This document shows, in pieces, positions 36,060 through 47,000 of a stretch of 64,000 nt of DNA. This stretch comes from Candidatus Omnitrophota bacterium. Its GTDB lineage: Bacteria; Omnitrophota; Gorgyraeia; B26-G9. The stretch covers positions 93,786 through 157,785 of the forward strand of contig JAZDHZ010000007.1 in the NCBI GenBank assembly GCA_043805415.1, given 5' to 3'. The notes under the pieces are model-generated. The model was given only the letters and a program-made list of their open reading frames with translations. It had not been told where the DNA came from and did not search any database. The number at the start of each line of letters is the position of its first letter. The stretch's first letter is position 1. The translations under genes were made by a program, and so were the position numbers.

Positions 36060-36856
36060 TAATAATAATTCTCCATTTTTTATTTAACGTACCTTTTCTT
36101 GATTCTGACAATGAGGCAATCGACGTTTCTTTGACACTTTTTACAAGTGATCTCAATAATAGATCACTAATTCCACATTTTTCCAATATGTACCCCATAT
36201 ACTTACGAGTCTTTATATTGGGAAACCGAGTCGCATAGTCAATAAGCGTTTTTATGTCACATTTTTTTTCTGTTACAAACCTCTCTACTATCTGGCCTGC
36301 GGCAAAAAAACCGCCTACCGGCTTATTAAAATAAATAAGATCAACCAATGTTTTTTCTTTTGAACTAATGCAAACATTAACGCCTCTTATAATTTTTTTT
36401 TTCAATCCCATACATTTGAGCCCGAGACACATTTATAAACTTAAACAGAATTCCCGCAATCTTTTTTTCCTTGCTCAAGCTCGTATTAAGAACATACACT
36501 TTCTGGAATTGCTGATCTGTAAAGCTGTAATAGTTAAACATTGTAGAATATCCAATATAGTAATCCCCCTTAGGAAAATAAATTGATGGTATTATAAACT
36601 CACTAATACGGCGTCCTGTAGGAACTGATTCAAGAGGAACAAATATATATATGCCGCTTTTAATAGGAATTAAAATATTTTTTGTTTTTAACCTGAATAC
36701 AAGTTGTCTTCTATAAGAAAAATCAGCAGGCAAAAAAGCATCCAACTCTTTTGCTGTTACGATCTCTTTTTTTTCATAGACAAGCCGCGCGATAAGTTCT
36801 GTCTCTGTTTGACTAAGCGAACTAAATGTTTTTTTATTTGGCATATGTACCCCCAC
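36043..36856 (-). pseudogene. abiEi: AbiEi-family antitoxin, split into two ORFs by a +1 nt expansion in an A10 homopolymer
   Basis: ORFs 36377..36856 and 36043..36432 together are the length of a typical AbiEi. They join at plus T-run 36393-36402. Removing one A gives the continuous ...AQMYGIEKKIIRGVNVCISSKEKTLVDL.... This could be a real frameshift or a homopolymer sequencing error. Confidence 0.65.
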
Positions 36857-36914
36857 AGTTACATTGAACTAACGATAATACATTAATATAGTAACATATA
36901 AGACTTATAAGTCA

Positions 36915-36947
36915 ATGGAAAACTGTATTACATGGAAAACTGTATTA
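36915..36947 (-). promoter_or_regulatory. Tandem 16-bp direct repeat (17-bp period) upstream of abiEi; candidate operator overlapping a TTGACT -35 box
   Basis: atggaaaactgtatta occurs at 36915-36930 and again at 36932-36947. On the minus strand the proximal copy abuts TTGACT. The repeat lies about 60-90 nt upstream of the ATG at 36856. Confidence 0.4.
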
Positions 36948-37333
36948 TTAAAGCCGCAAAAAAATGCTCATACTATAATTCTTTATATTAATTACCTCTA
37001 CTACATTATTAATATTCAATCCTAAACAATCTGCTCAAAATAAAAAGCACACAAGAGCAGCGTATAGCGAAAAGGAATGTTCATTAGTTAAAAGTTTATA
37101 AAGTGAAAGGCGGAAAGCGTAAACTACTTAGCTGATGGCTCTTGGGAAAAACAGGAAAAACAGATAGAGTAAAAGTTTGTAAAGTTCTCGAGTTTAGCGA
37201 TTGGCGGGTCACAAGAAAAGTCACCAGGACACAAAAAAAATAGTATTGAGCATTGCGTAAAACCGAAGGATGAGAGACGATCGCTGCGCTAGGACGACGG
37301 ACGGAAAAGCAGGAAGCATAAAAAACATGCTGG

Positions 37334-37368
37334 CTCATGGCTAATAGCTGATAGCTAATGGTCAATGG
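37334..37368. repeat. Heptanucleotide array (5 units) of the CTANTAG family
   Basis: ctcatgg ctaatag ctgatag ctaatgg tcaatgg. The surrounding ~37060-37440 also shows weaker 7-nt periodicity (e.g. tattgcg tatcgcg tattgag tatagcg). Confidence 0.7.
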
Positions 37369-37473
37369 TAAAAAAATAAAGAAAATAGTATTGCGTATCG
37401 CGTATTGAGTATAGCGTAAAGCAAAAAGAGCTTAGCGGATATCCCTTCGACTTCGCTCAGTGTAAAGATTACA

Positions 37474-37513
37474 AGCAAAAAAAGCATGAAGCTTATTGCT
37501 AGCTTCATGCTTT
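37474..37513 (-). terminator. Rho-independent terminator ending the giant-ORF/PilZ transcription unit
   Basis: A perfect 13-bp stem (37481-37493 / 37501-37513, core agcatgaagct/agcttcatgct) with a 7-nt loop. On the minus strand it is followed by a T7 run (plus A-run 37477-37483). It lies 27 nt after the PilZ stop. Confidence 0.8.
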
Positions 37514-37539
37514 AAAGTATTTTATACTAAATATTATAA

Positions 37540-37899
37540 CTAATTTATATTTAATAATTTACCCAGATATTCATTAACCAACTGTTTATCCTGGTCGTCT
37601 TTCCACCAGGAAAAACTAACTCCGGTTCGATACATTCCAGCATCTTCGGTTATCCACTCCACCTTACCGAAAACCCGGATTGTACTAATATCCTTGCTCA
37701 GGCGCAAGTCAATGCTTAACGGCGTGCCAATCGGTATTCTTTCATTGGAAACCACTCCCGCGCCAACCATGCTGATATCGCGCATGGAATATTCTGCGCT
37801 GTTCCAAAACCTGAACCATACCTGAGGGTCAAGCGGGCGAAGACTTATTGAACTGTTCTTAGCTTCCTTGCGTGCGCTATTGCGTCTATCCTTATCCAT
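37540..37899 (-). CDS. Stand-alone PilZ domain protein immediately downstream of the giant ORF
   Basis: RxxxR (R-NSA-R) and DISMVGAG (DxSxxG). AAGGAG RBS ~9 nt upstream of the ATG at 37899. Paralog of 12626..13009. Confidence 0.75.
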   Translation of the reverse strand: MDKDRRNSARKEAKNSSISLRPLDPQVWFRFWNSAEYSMRDISMVGAGVVSNERIPIGTPLSIDLRLSKDISTIRVFGKVEWITEDAGMYRTGVSFSWWKDDQDKQLVNEYLGKLLNIN

Positions 37900-37919
37900 T
37901 GTGATTACTCCTTTATCAG

Positions 37920-37996
37920 CCTATGGCTGATAGCTTATGGCTAATGGCTCATAGCTTATAGTTTTTTACTATTGACTATTAGCTATTGACTATCGA
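37920..37996. repeat. Inverted pair of heptanucleotide arrays in the giant-ORF/PilZ intercistronic spacer
   Basis: cctatgg ctgatag cttatgg ctaatgg ctcatag cttatag | tttttta | ctattga ctattag ctattga ctatcga. The two halves are approximately reverse-complementary, so the RNA could form a long imperfect hairpin with an A/U loop. Confidence 0.75.
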
Positions 37997-38024
37997 CCTG
38001 GTGTCCGTGACCTTGTTTCTGCTT

Positions 38025-41000
38025 TTAAATCGCATTATTAACAAGCTCTCTGGTATCTTCCGGTGATAACTTCTTATCGACACCAGGGATTGCAGCATCC
38101 AAAGCATCTACAGTTGCCGGATCAGCCTCAGGCTTAATTATCATTTCTGGGGTTAAGTCAATTATCTCTTCCCCTTCTTTAGCATCAGGCTTACCGTCTT
38201 TTACCATATCAGTAGGCTCAGTTACTTCTTCCTCTGAAGCCTGGATTTCTGCCGGTGCCGGAGAGATAGCTTCATCGTTTATTGATGATGTTTCATTTTT
38301 AAGAGTATAAGTTAACAATTCTGCCTTGGCTAAAATACCTGTTAAAGTGCGGATTGCCTTTTCAATGCCTTGTTGTTCCCAATATTGTGTTAACCTGTAA
38401 GAATCTTCACGGAATTTTTCGATTTGTTTACCTGCATACTCCATAATATCCTGAGGAGTATTTAGTTTTTTTCTATCTCCCCCATCAAAAATAATATGCA
38501 TACTATCATAGTATCCAATTCTGTCTGATAACTCACCCCACATAAAATATATTTCTTGGTTAAGCGCTTCTATTTTCTGCTCCAGACTTTGCTCGGGCTT
38601 TGTTTCCTCAGAAGAAACCTCAGCAGCTTGTTCTGTAGCATCAGCTGGCTCCACATTTTGATCTGCGCTTACTGCGGAATCTGTTTCATCTGTATTATAA
38701 CTTGTATCAGTTACCGCAGCAGGCAGATTATTTCCACCATTTTGATCCTGCGGACCATTAGGTGGCTTACTATCAGTAGATGATTGACCTTGGCTAGCAG
38801 CAGCTTCTTGGGCTTTAGCCTGCTCAGCTTTCTCTTTATCCTCTTGTTGTTTTCTAATCTTAGTATCTTCCGCTTCACCAAGTTTCTTAATTTCAGTCTG
38901 TATGGCGATACCTAATTTATTATCCACGTCTTTTTTAATCTGCACAGAATTACGCTTTGCAGCAAACATCATATCTTTTGCTGCCTGATCATCTCCTGCC
39001 AAATCCTTATAGCTTTCTTTAACTTCGTCCGGCATAATTGCCCACAAAGAATCTTTAAGCAGTTTTTCATTACTTTCCTTGCTTATTAAATTATACATTT
39101 GCAATGCCGTTTCGCTATTTTTGCTGATCAGCTCCTGGGCGATCTTGGCTGGTTTTGCGCCTTCTCTGTATTCTTCAATCTGCGCTCCATCTACATTCTC
39201 AAAGGTCAGGATTTCATCCTCTGCCTCTACCTGCATCCAGAAAACTATTTTATTAAATAAATAAAGTTTTGCCTGATCTTTATTAAATGCTTGCACAAAA
39301 CCATTTGGAATCATATCCTGAGCAGTCATCAAAGCCAGCAGATCTTCAACTACTTTTTCTTTCGCATCCAAAGCATCATTCCGCGCGCCTCTTATACCTG
39401 TTCTATTCTGTGCAATAAAATCATTTACCGCACTAGTGATAAGAAATTTTCCGTCATAGACTTTACCAAATTGACCAAGATAAACATTTTCAAAATATTC
39501 TTGCATGAGTTTTAAGAGCGATGCTTTTGGATTTTCCTCCTTATTCAAAACATACTTAATATAAGGATCTACGCCAACAGCATTCCAGATCAAATCAATA
39601 TTATCCGGCACCTGCATAGCCAGAATTAATGATTCCATGTTATTTAAAACTAATGCAGGGATATTATCCTGTTTAATATCATTAATCAGATATTTCATGA
39701 GCTGATTCGCAATAATCTCTTTCTGATTGTCTTGATATTTCTCTATTATAGTATTCTGTTTACTTGAGATTGCCTGCTTTAAATTAGTTATTTCATCTTC
39801 AATCGCTTTTTGACGCGAAGCATCTTCTGTTATTTTAAGCTCTTTCTCAAGAGCGCTGAGAAGCTTCATTCTCTGGTCAATTTCTTTATTTTCATTTGCT
39901 CCGGTAGTCAATACTATCATCTGAAAAACAATACGCTCAAGATCATCTCCAGCTTCATTCCATATAACCGCATACAGGTTTTCTCTTAATTTGCTAAGCG
40001 CTGTTTTGTATTTCTTCTCTATTTCTTTTTTCTCTTCATCGCTGCCTGCGGCTTTTAACTGCTTATTGAATGCCTCGTTTAATGTAATCTCCCGCGGGAT
40101 CAGTTCCTTTAACACGTTTTTGTATTTAAATACGATCATAGGCATATCAAAATCAACCACCCTTTGATATTGACTCTTTATTGTTTCATCAGTTTTTTTA
40201 TTTAATTGTTCAAGCAGGTACTTGTTTATTTCCTGTTCATCAAAATTATTAGCCATAAGCAGAAAATATACAGCTTCCTGAGGTAATTGCTGCCAAAGAG
40301 CTTTAATTGATTCCGCTTGATTAGCGATATATTCATCCTGAGATATTTTTGACCCGTCCTTATTCATGTATTGAACGCGGTTATCGATCTCTTTTTGTGT
40401 GAATGCCGATAGTTTTTCCGGTAAAACAATGTTTTCAAAAGCAAATTTATAATTATTAACAAACTGCGCATCAGCAGTAAACAGCTCTGCGAATAAGGCT
40501 TCTGCTGCCTGTTCTTGATCTATTTGATAATCATTTGACCAGAGTTTCTTTTGATCCGCGTCTAATTTGTTCCATATCTCTGTCTTTAATTTATTTTTAA
40601 GCTCTACATCTTTTTGTTTATCCGCTATATATTTACCAATATCGCTTTTAATTCCTTGATATTTCGCATCTAAAAATATCTTGCCCAGAATATCAATCTT
40701 AGACATTTGTTTCGCGGCAATCAGCGCATCTGCAGCTGCTTTTTCCAAACTAAATTTCTCTGTTGTTTCCTTCTGGATTTGAGCACTTTTCGCATCAAAT
40801 TCTTGCGCTTTATTTATTTTCCCTTCTAACTCCGCATTCCGCAAATCCTTAGATCTCTGGAAGAAATAGCTCGGACGCGGACTATAGCGCTGAATAATTC
40901 CTTCAAAAACCAAAAAGCCCAAGAGTAGACCTAATCCCGCTATAAAATTCGGCGCGAATATAAGAATAGCCAGAAACTCAATAATATAACGCGCCGGCCG

Positions 41001-44000
41001 CACCCCGGCATCCTGGGCTTTTTCCCATTTTGCTTCATCATATTCTTGAGCGCTATACTTGGGAGTCATCATCAAGCGCAATGCCGGATATAAAATTGCC
41101 AGTGTCCACAAAGGCGCCGCGAACACGATAAAAGAAGCAAAATAAGAACTGGCCACTAAGGTGGCTACGAATGCTAAACCAAAAATAATATACGGCGCCG
41201 CAAAATAATTTCTGTCAAAAAATTGGCCATCTTTAAATAGCGGGACCCCGTGGGCTTTAAGCCAAGCTTGCTTACCGCGCCACATCGGACGGATATAAAG
41301 ATTTTTAATTCCGTTGAATATTCCGGAGAAGAATGCCTGATCCCACATGCTTTGATCGCGCTCTGACTTCCAGGCATCGCGCAAGGATTGAAATTTTGTC
41401 TTGCCTCTAGACTTCCACAAAGTACTGAACACACTGCCAGCACCTTTTAAAATTCCGGATTCAACTACATAGGTAAGAATATAAGGCCCAAATAACCAGC
41501 CAATCAGCGCGAAGAAATAAAGGAACCAGGTGGAAATAAGCATAGTGGTTACCGGAACAATAAGCATTGTAATCGGCAGGAGTATGGCCGCGATCTTTGC
41601 CGGCCAGGTCGCCAGGCTCTGACGGTAATATTTATTAAAATCCTCGTTCATTGTCTTAAGCCGTACTTCTTTTTCTGTGTAAAGAAATACTGGTCTGGCA
41701 TTAACCCCTTCGGCAATTCCCTGAACCACATAATGAGGAATAAGTATATTAAAGAAAATAAAATTCTTCGCGATCCCGGACAGAGTTACCCATATCCCTT
41801 TAGCATAACTGCCTTCGGATGCAACGTGTGCCCAGTAGGCAGGAAGATTAATCGCTTCAGCAAAGACAAAGCCGACAAATACCCAGAAATAAGGGAAGAC
41901 TAAGGCTAGGAACGGATTGACTGGAGCCAAAAGCCCGGTAAGAATAAGCCCGATGGCTGTAAAGGCAACCACGCATAGAATAACCAGTGGTTTTTTCCAA
42001 TAATGCCAAGCAGAAATAACTGTTCCCCATTTTTCATTCCAAGGGATTATATTACTGCTGATAAAACGCTTAAACTGGCGCCTCATAAGAAACTCCACAC
42101 TGCCGGCAGCCCATTTTGCCAGAGGAACTAATAAATCACTGAGAGACGGCGGCATACGCCATTGGAGTTTCATATATTCCACATGTCTGGTAACCATGCC
42201 GAAAAGCATAAATAGCAAAGCGCTGATCAGATCTTCAGATACATAATCATCCTGCAGCCCTTCGTATTTATACATAAAATCTCTTCGATAAACACCCTTA
42301 CCATAATAACCCAGAGTATCCACAGTTTCCTTAATCCGCATTACCGAACTCTGCCATGCCTTTTCCGCGAGTGCCAGGGCGCGTCCGATTGAATTAAGCT
42401 TTTCCACAAAAATCGTAACTGTAGTCAAAACAATCCCTAATTTGGGATTACGGTTGAATTCTGTTAAGACACGGAACATATTCGGCGTTTCTTCATAATT
42501 AATTTCAAGATGCGTATCCATACCCCAAACAATCTCACCGCGCACATAAGGCTGGGCAACAGCAGCGTCACCATATTTGGAAAAACGGATCTGATCGCCC
42601 TCAAAATCACGAATCTGCCCCTTTGGATCTCCTTTAGCAAGCATATGCGTATATTCACCATTATAGCGCTTAAAATCAAGCAGGAGTTTTCTTACCTGCG
42701 CATCACTTATATTCAGACTCTTAATATCCTCTTCGCTCATGGTATCAAAATTAATATTCAGGAATTGATCGATTGCCGGGCCTTTACTTTTTACCAGATT
42801 ATCTGTGGCAAAAAACTGGAACTTCAAGGTTACCAAACGCTGATATTCTTTGGCGGTTTGCAGATAATAAGACAGTTCATCAGCTGTTATCTGTGCTGCC
42901 TGAACAAACAGTTCTTTTTGCCGAGTATCAAGCGCCTTACCTTGCGCATACATCTGGCTTACAGCTGCCAGCTCTTTGGCTAATAAATCCGTGGAATCAG
43001 ATTCAAAACCCAGAATTCTAAATCTATTTAATATAACATCCAGCTGTGCTTTTGTTTGCTGATAACGATTATTTTGATAAAAATGCTCCACATACTCACG
43101 GTAGCGCTGGCGCATATAATGCTGCGACTGGACCCAGCGCCAGGTTGTCGGCATGCGGTAATTTACCCAATCCTCGATCATGTGAATAATTCCGTCAAAT
43201 ACTTCTATTCCCTGAGGCTGGGTTAGTTTTGCGCGAAGCTGCGCGATCTTTACATCTAAAGCTGCTTTTTCTCTAGAGCCCGGCATTGTTGAAAATAATA
43301 CTACTAATTCTTCCAGCGCAGCCTGATCAGCTGCATTGAGTTTGCCTTTTTCTCTGGTCCAATACTTCTGCAATAGAGCTATTTGGTTTTCATATTCATC
43401 TCTAAACCGTTGCGTCAGATGGTGGAATTTTGACGCCTTTTCCCCTTTTTCTATTCGAATAACCTCATCAAGAAAATAATAGTACTTTTCTCCTCCTCCG
43501 GCTAAAATAAAGATACTGAATACCGGCAGTTTTTCAAAGCCTTCAATGCCAGGCTGGAATCTAAAATAACCAGACATAAACCTGAGCAAACGCTGATTAG
43601 CCTCTTGATTTTTCGGCCTAGACAACTTCATCCGGTCTAACTTTGCTTTTACTGCTTCAGCATCAGTCATCTCATTCGCCGTGAACAGATAATCATTTCG
43701 TTCCTGCTCACTGATCTTTGCCTGTTCAAGCAGATGATTAATCGCGTCGTTCCAGACCTCAACCCTTAATTTACCCGAGAAATCTTCGACTTTCAGCTGA
43801 TTATTATCATCAATAAAAATCTTTTCAAGCCGGCCTTTTAAGCGCTCCGAACGCCAGGTAAATATTCTTCCGGTTAAAGGCGCTATCTTCTTGCTAAAAT
43901 GCACAGTCCAGGCGATAAAAAATGCGCCGATTTCCTTGATCGAAAAATAGGTCAAAGGCAAGAACAGCAAAAACGGCAGAACAGTTATAATGGCAAAACT

Positions 44001-47000
44001 AATTCCAAATCCCAGGCCAAGAGAACTGGTAAGCGAGCTGGCCCAAAGCATTCCGTAACTTCCAACAACATAACCCATAAAAATATTATACAGCACTGTG
44101 ACAATCATTGTCTGGCGCCAAAAACGTTTGGCCTTTAATGTCTTTAAACCAGCTGGGCCTTTTTCCGTGCCTTTGGTCCAGAAACGGTCTTCTTGTCCAA
44201 AATTAAAATTAGGATTATATTCAGAATTAAATTTTTCTATTCTATCTTTATATTCAGAAGGTAATAATTTCAAAAATAAATTAAGATAATCCGGCTGAAA
44301 TACTGTTACAATAAACGCAATAATCACAATCACACTCACCAATAAAACACTTGGAAAGAATAACGAAAGCAATCCACCAATAATAATCGTCGCGACAGTT
44401 GACAAAGCTCCGATAGGGCTAGTAAATTTATTCAGCCAATTAGCAACTTTAGTATTTTTAGCAATAGTCTTATTCGCCAATGACACAAACGGAACCATGA
44501 GTTCCCCAAAGAAGGCGATCCAGCCAATTTTATACATTTTAAGATATGTTTCATTATCTTTCAGGGCTTTATTCACTGCTGGTTTAAGCTTTGTATCCAC
44601 CAAATTCTGTATAAGCTCAGACGCTTTTGCCTCAGCGTCTTTGGCTTCTTTTGGTGTTTCTTTTAGCGGCTTTTTGGGAAGCGCGCCTAGTTCTTTGCTC
44701 AGATCAATATCCAGTTCTTTGATCGGGTCCTCATAATAACGGAACAGATCATCCATATCCTCTTGCCCAAAAAGTATGGTTGGATCAGCCAGCAATCTGC
44801 CGGTTACAGTAACTTCTTTCCTTCTATATCGCTCCAGCTTGCTCTGAATCTGATCAATAATAACCCTTCTCCAGAAACCAGCATGCAAACGCATCAGACT
44901 GACAATCTCGCTTTGTTTATCAACCTTATAAAGCGCATATGATTTGCGCATCAGGTAGCGAATTAATGGTGTACGACCAGATAAAGAACTGCCTAATCCA
45001 TAAGGCTGGCGATAAGGCAGCATAAACACTCTTTCCCACAGCTTAAACCGCAAAAGATTCGGAGTTTTCTCACCTTCAAAAGCCTCACTTTTCATAGCAT
45101 TCGCTTTATCCAGACCGATTAATTCAGGTTCCTCTATCTCAAATTCCTGATCATAAGTACCGCCTTGGATTTGCCTTATTCCATAAGGATTTTTTATTAA
45201 AACAGATAAAATTTCAGCCAGGCGTTCTCTGACGATACGATCGTATTCAGCTGTAAATTCTCCACGTGTATCAATATCAGCAAAATATTTATTGAGGTAT
45301 GGACTAAAAGCCGCGTCTATGCATTCTTCAATAATATAATAATCAATTGCAGAAGGGATTCTCTCATTATTTTGCAGTTTTTGGATAAGATCGTTAATTA
45401 CAGCTTTAAATTGTTCAAGGGTTAATAATCCAAGTCCTTCTTTATCATCTAAAAGGTTTTTAACAATTGAAGCAATCGGCGGAGTAAACATCGCGTCAAA
45501 GGAATCTTTTGGTTCCGGCAGTTTATCAGACAAAACTTTATTAAGTTCTTCAATACCCTTATCCGCGGCTAAAACTATCTCCTTCAGCTCAGCTATTACC
45601 TGCAGTCTTGATTCGCCGGAACGGGGCGGGGCGCGCAAAAGATCGCCTGAGCCGAAAATTGTATTAAGTATTTTATAATCAATACCCTGCTCATTTAAGA
45701 ACTTCTTTGCCTGATCAAGAGTTGCAAATCCTTTTTTCTTAAGATCATTAGCCGGCAATTCCTGAGCAAATGCCGTTGCCGCTGATATTGCTATATCTTT
45801 GTCAACTCCGGCAGCAGTCAACATTTTCTCCAGCTCTTTTTCATTTGTTCTGTTCAGCTGCTGCAGCCTTAAATTCGCATCATCATAGAAATCAGGGATT
45901 ATATCAGCAACCACAATATTATCCAGTATACTTGCCTTGGTTTCCGGATCAACTTCTTTTTTATCAAGAAATTCACCCAGAGCAGCTTCATCCATAAAGC
46001 TTTTTTCTTTGCGTCTTTGGTATACTATTTGGCTTGCTATATATTTTGCATTGGTTTCTGCCTGCGATAAAAGTTCTTCTCTTTGAGCTTCACTCAATTT
46101 ATCATCTTGCGCGGACTGTTCTATTTTTTCCTTATCAAAGATGAGGTTTACAATCTCATCTTCGTTCATGAGATTGATATTGTTCTTGCCTTTTTTCTTT
46201 GCCTTGTCTGCCTTTTTCTTCCAGACCAAGCCAGTAATAACATTAGCACCTACTAAATAAACCGCTAAAACAATAGGAATCACCAACCATGGAAAATAAA
46301 AACTAGTAAATGGAAGTCTGACTTTATAACTAAATACCTGTACAAATTTAAACCCTAAACCTTTGGGGCCAATAGTTACTTCCCGCATTTGACTGTCTTT
46401 ATCAAGATATTTTATTTTTACTCCATCGCCCTGAAGATCATCTTTCTTTTTCTGCTCGTTTGCCTGAGCTAATAATTTCTCAAATAATTTTTCGTCTCTA
46501 AACTTCTCGCCTTCTAACTTAATATGAAACAGTTCCAGTCCGCGTTTGCCCATATTGGCAGTCTGACTGATAACATTATTCTGAAATTTATCAAAATATA
46601 GCCACCAAAGCTGACTATTGATCATCTTTTTGCCTTCAAAAGGCACTGCTTTATCAGAAAAATGCTCTTTTTGCGACAATCCCAAACTCTGATGCATGTT
46701 TGCCCCTTTAATCAGCGGGCTGCCATTGCTTAAAAGCAGTGCTTTCTGTCCGCTTAACGAGGACAACCAGGAGGACAACCAGGACGTGCTGGTTTCGCCA
46801 ACTGAATCGGTAAGCACAAATGTATATGCATTCTGGTCATGAATACTATGATGGATTTCATATGGATGCCAGTTTTTGAGCCCGGCATTAAGATTATCGA
46901 TAACTTCCTCAGGATTATGTGAAGTATCATCACGCAATGTTGCCACCAGGTTCTGGCGCTCATCAAAAACATCGATTCTCCATCTGGGATCTTCACCCAG

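Noticed and set aside
37096-37365. 89-aa minus-strand ORF in the long spacer upstream of abiEi
   Set aside because: It lies in 7-bp-periodic repeat sequence, has a low-complexity translation, no convincing RBS and no homology signal.
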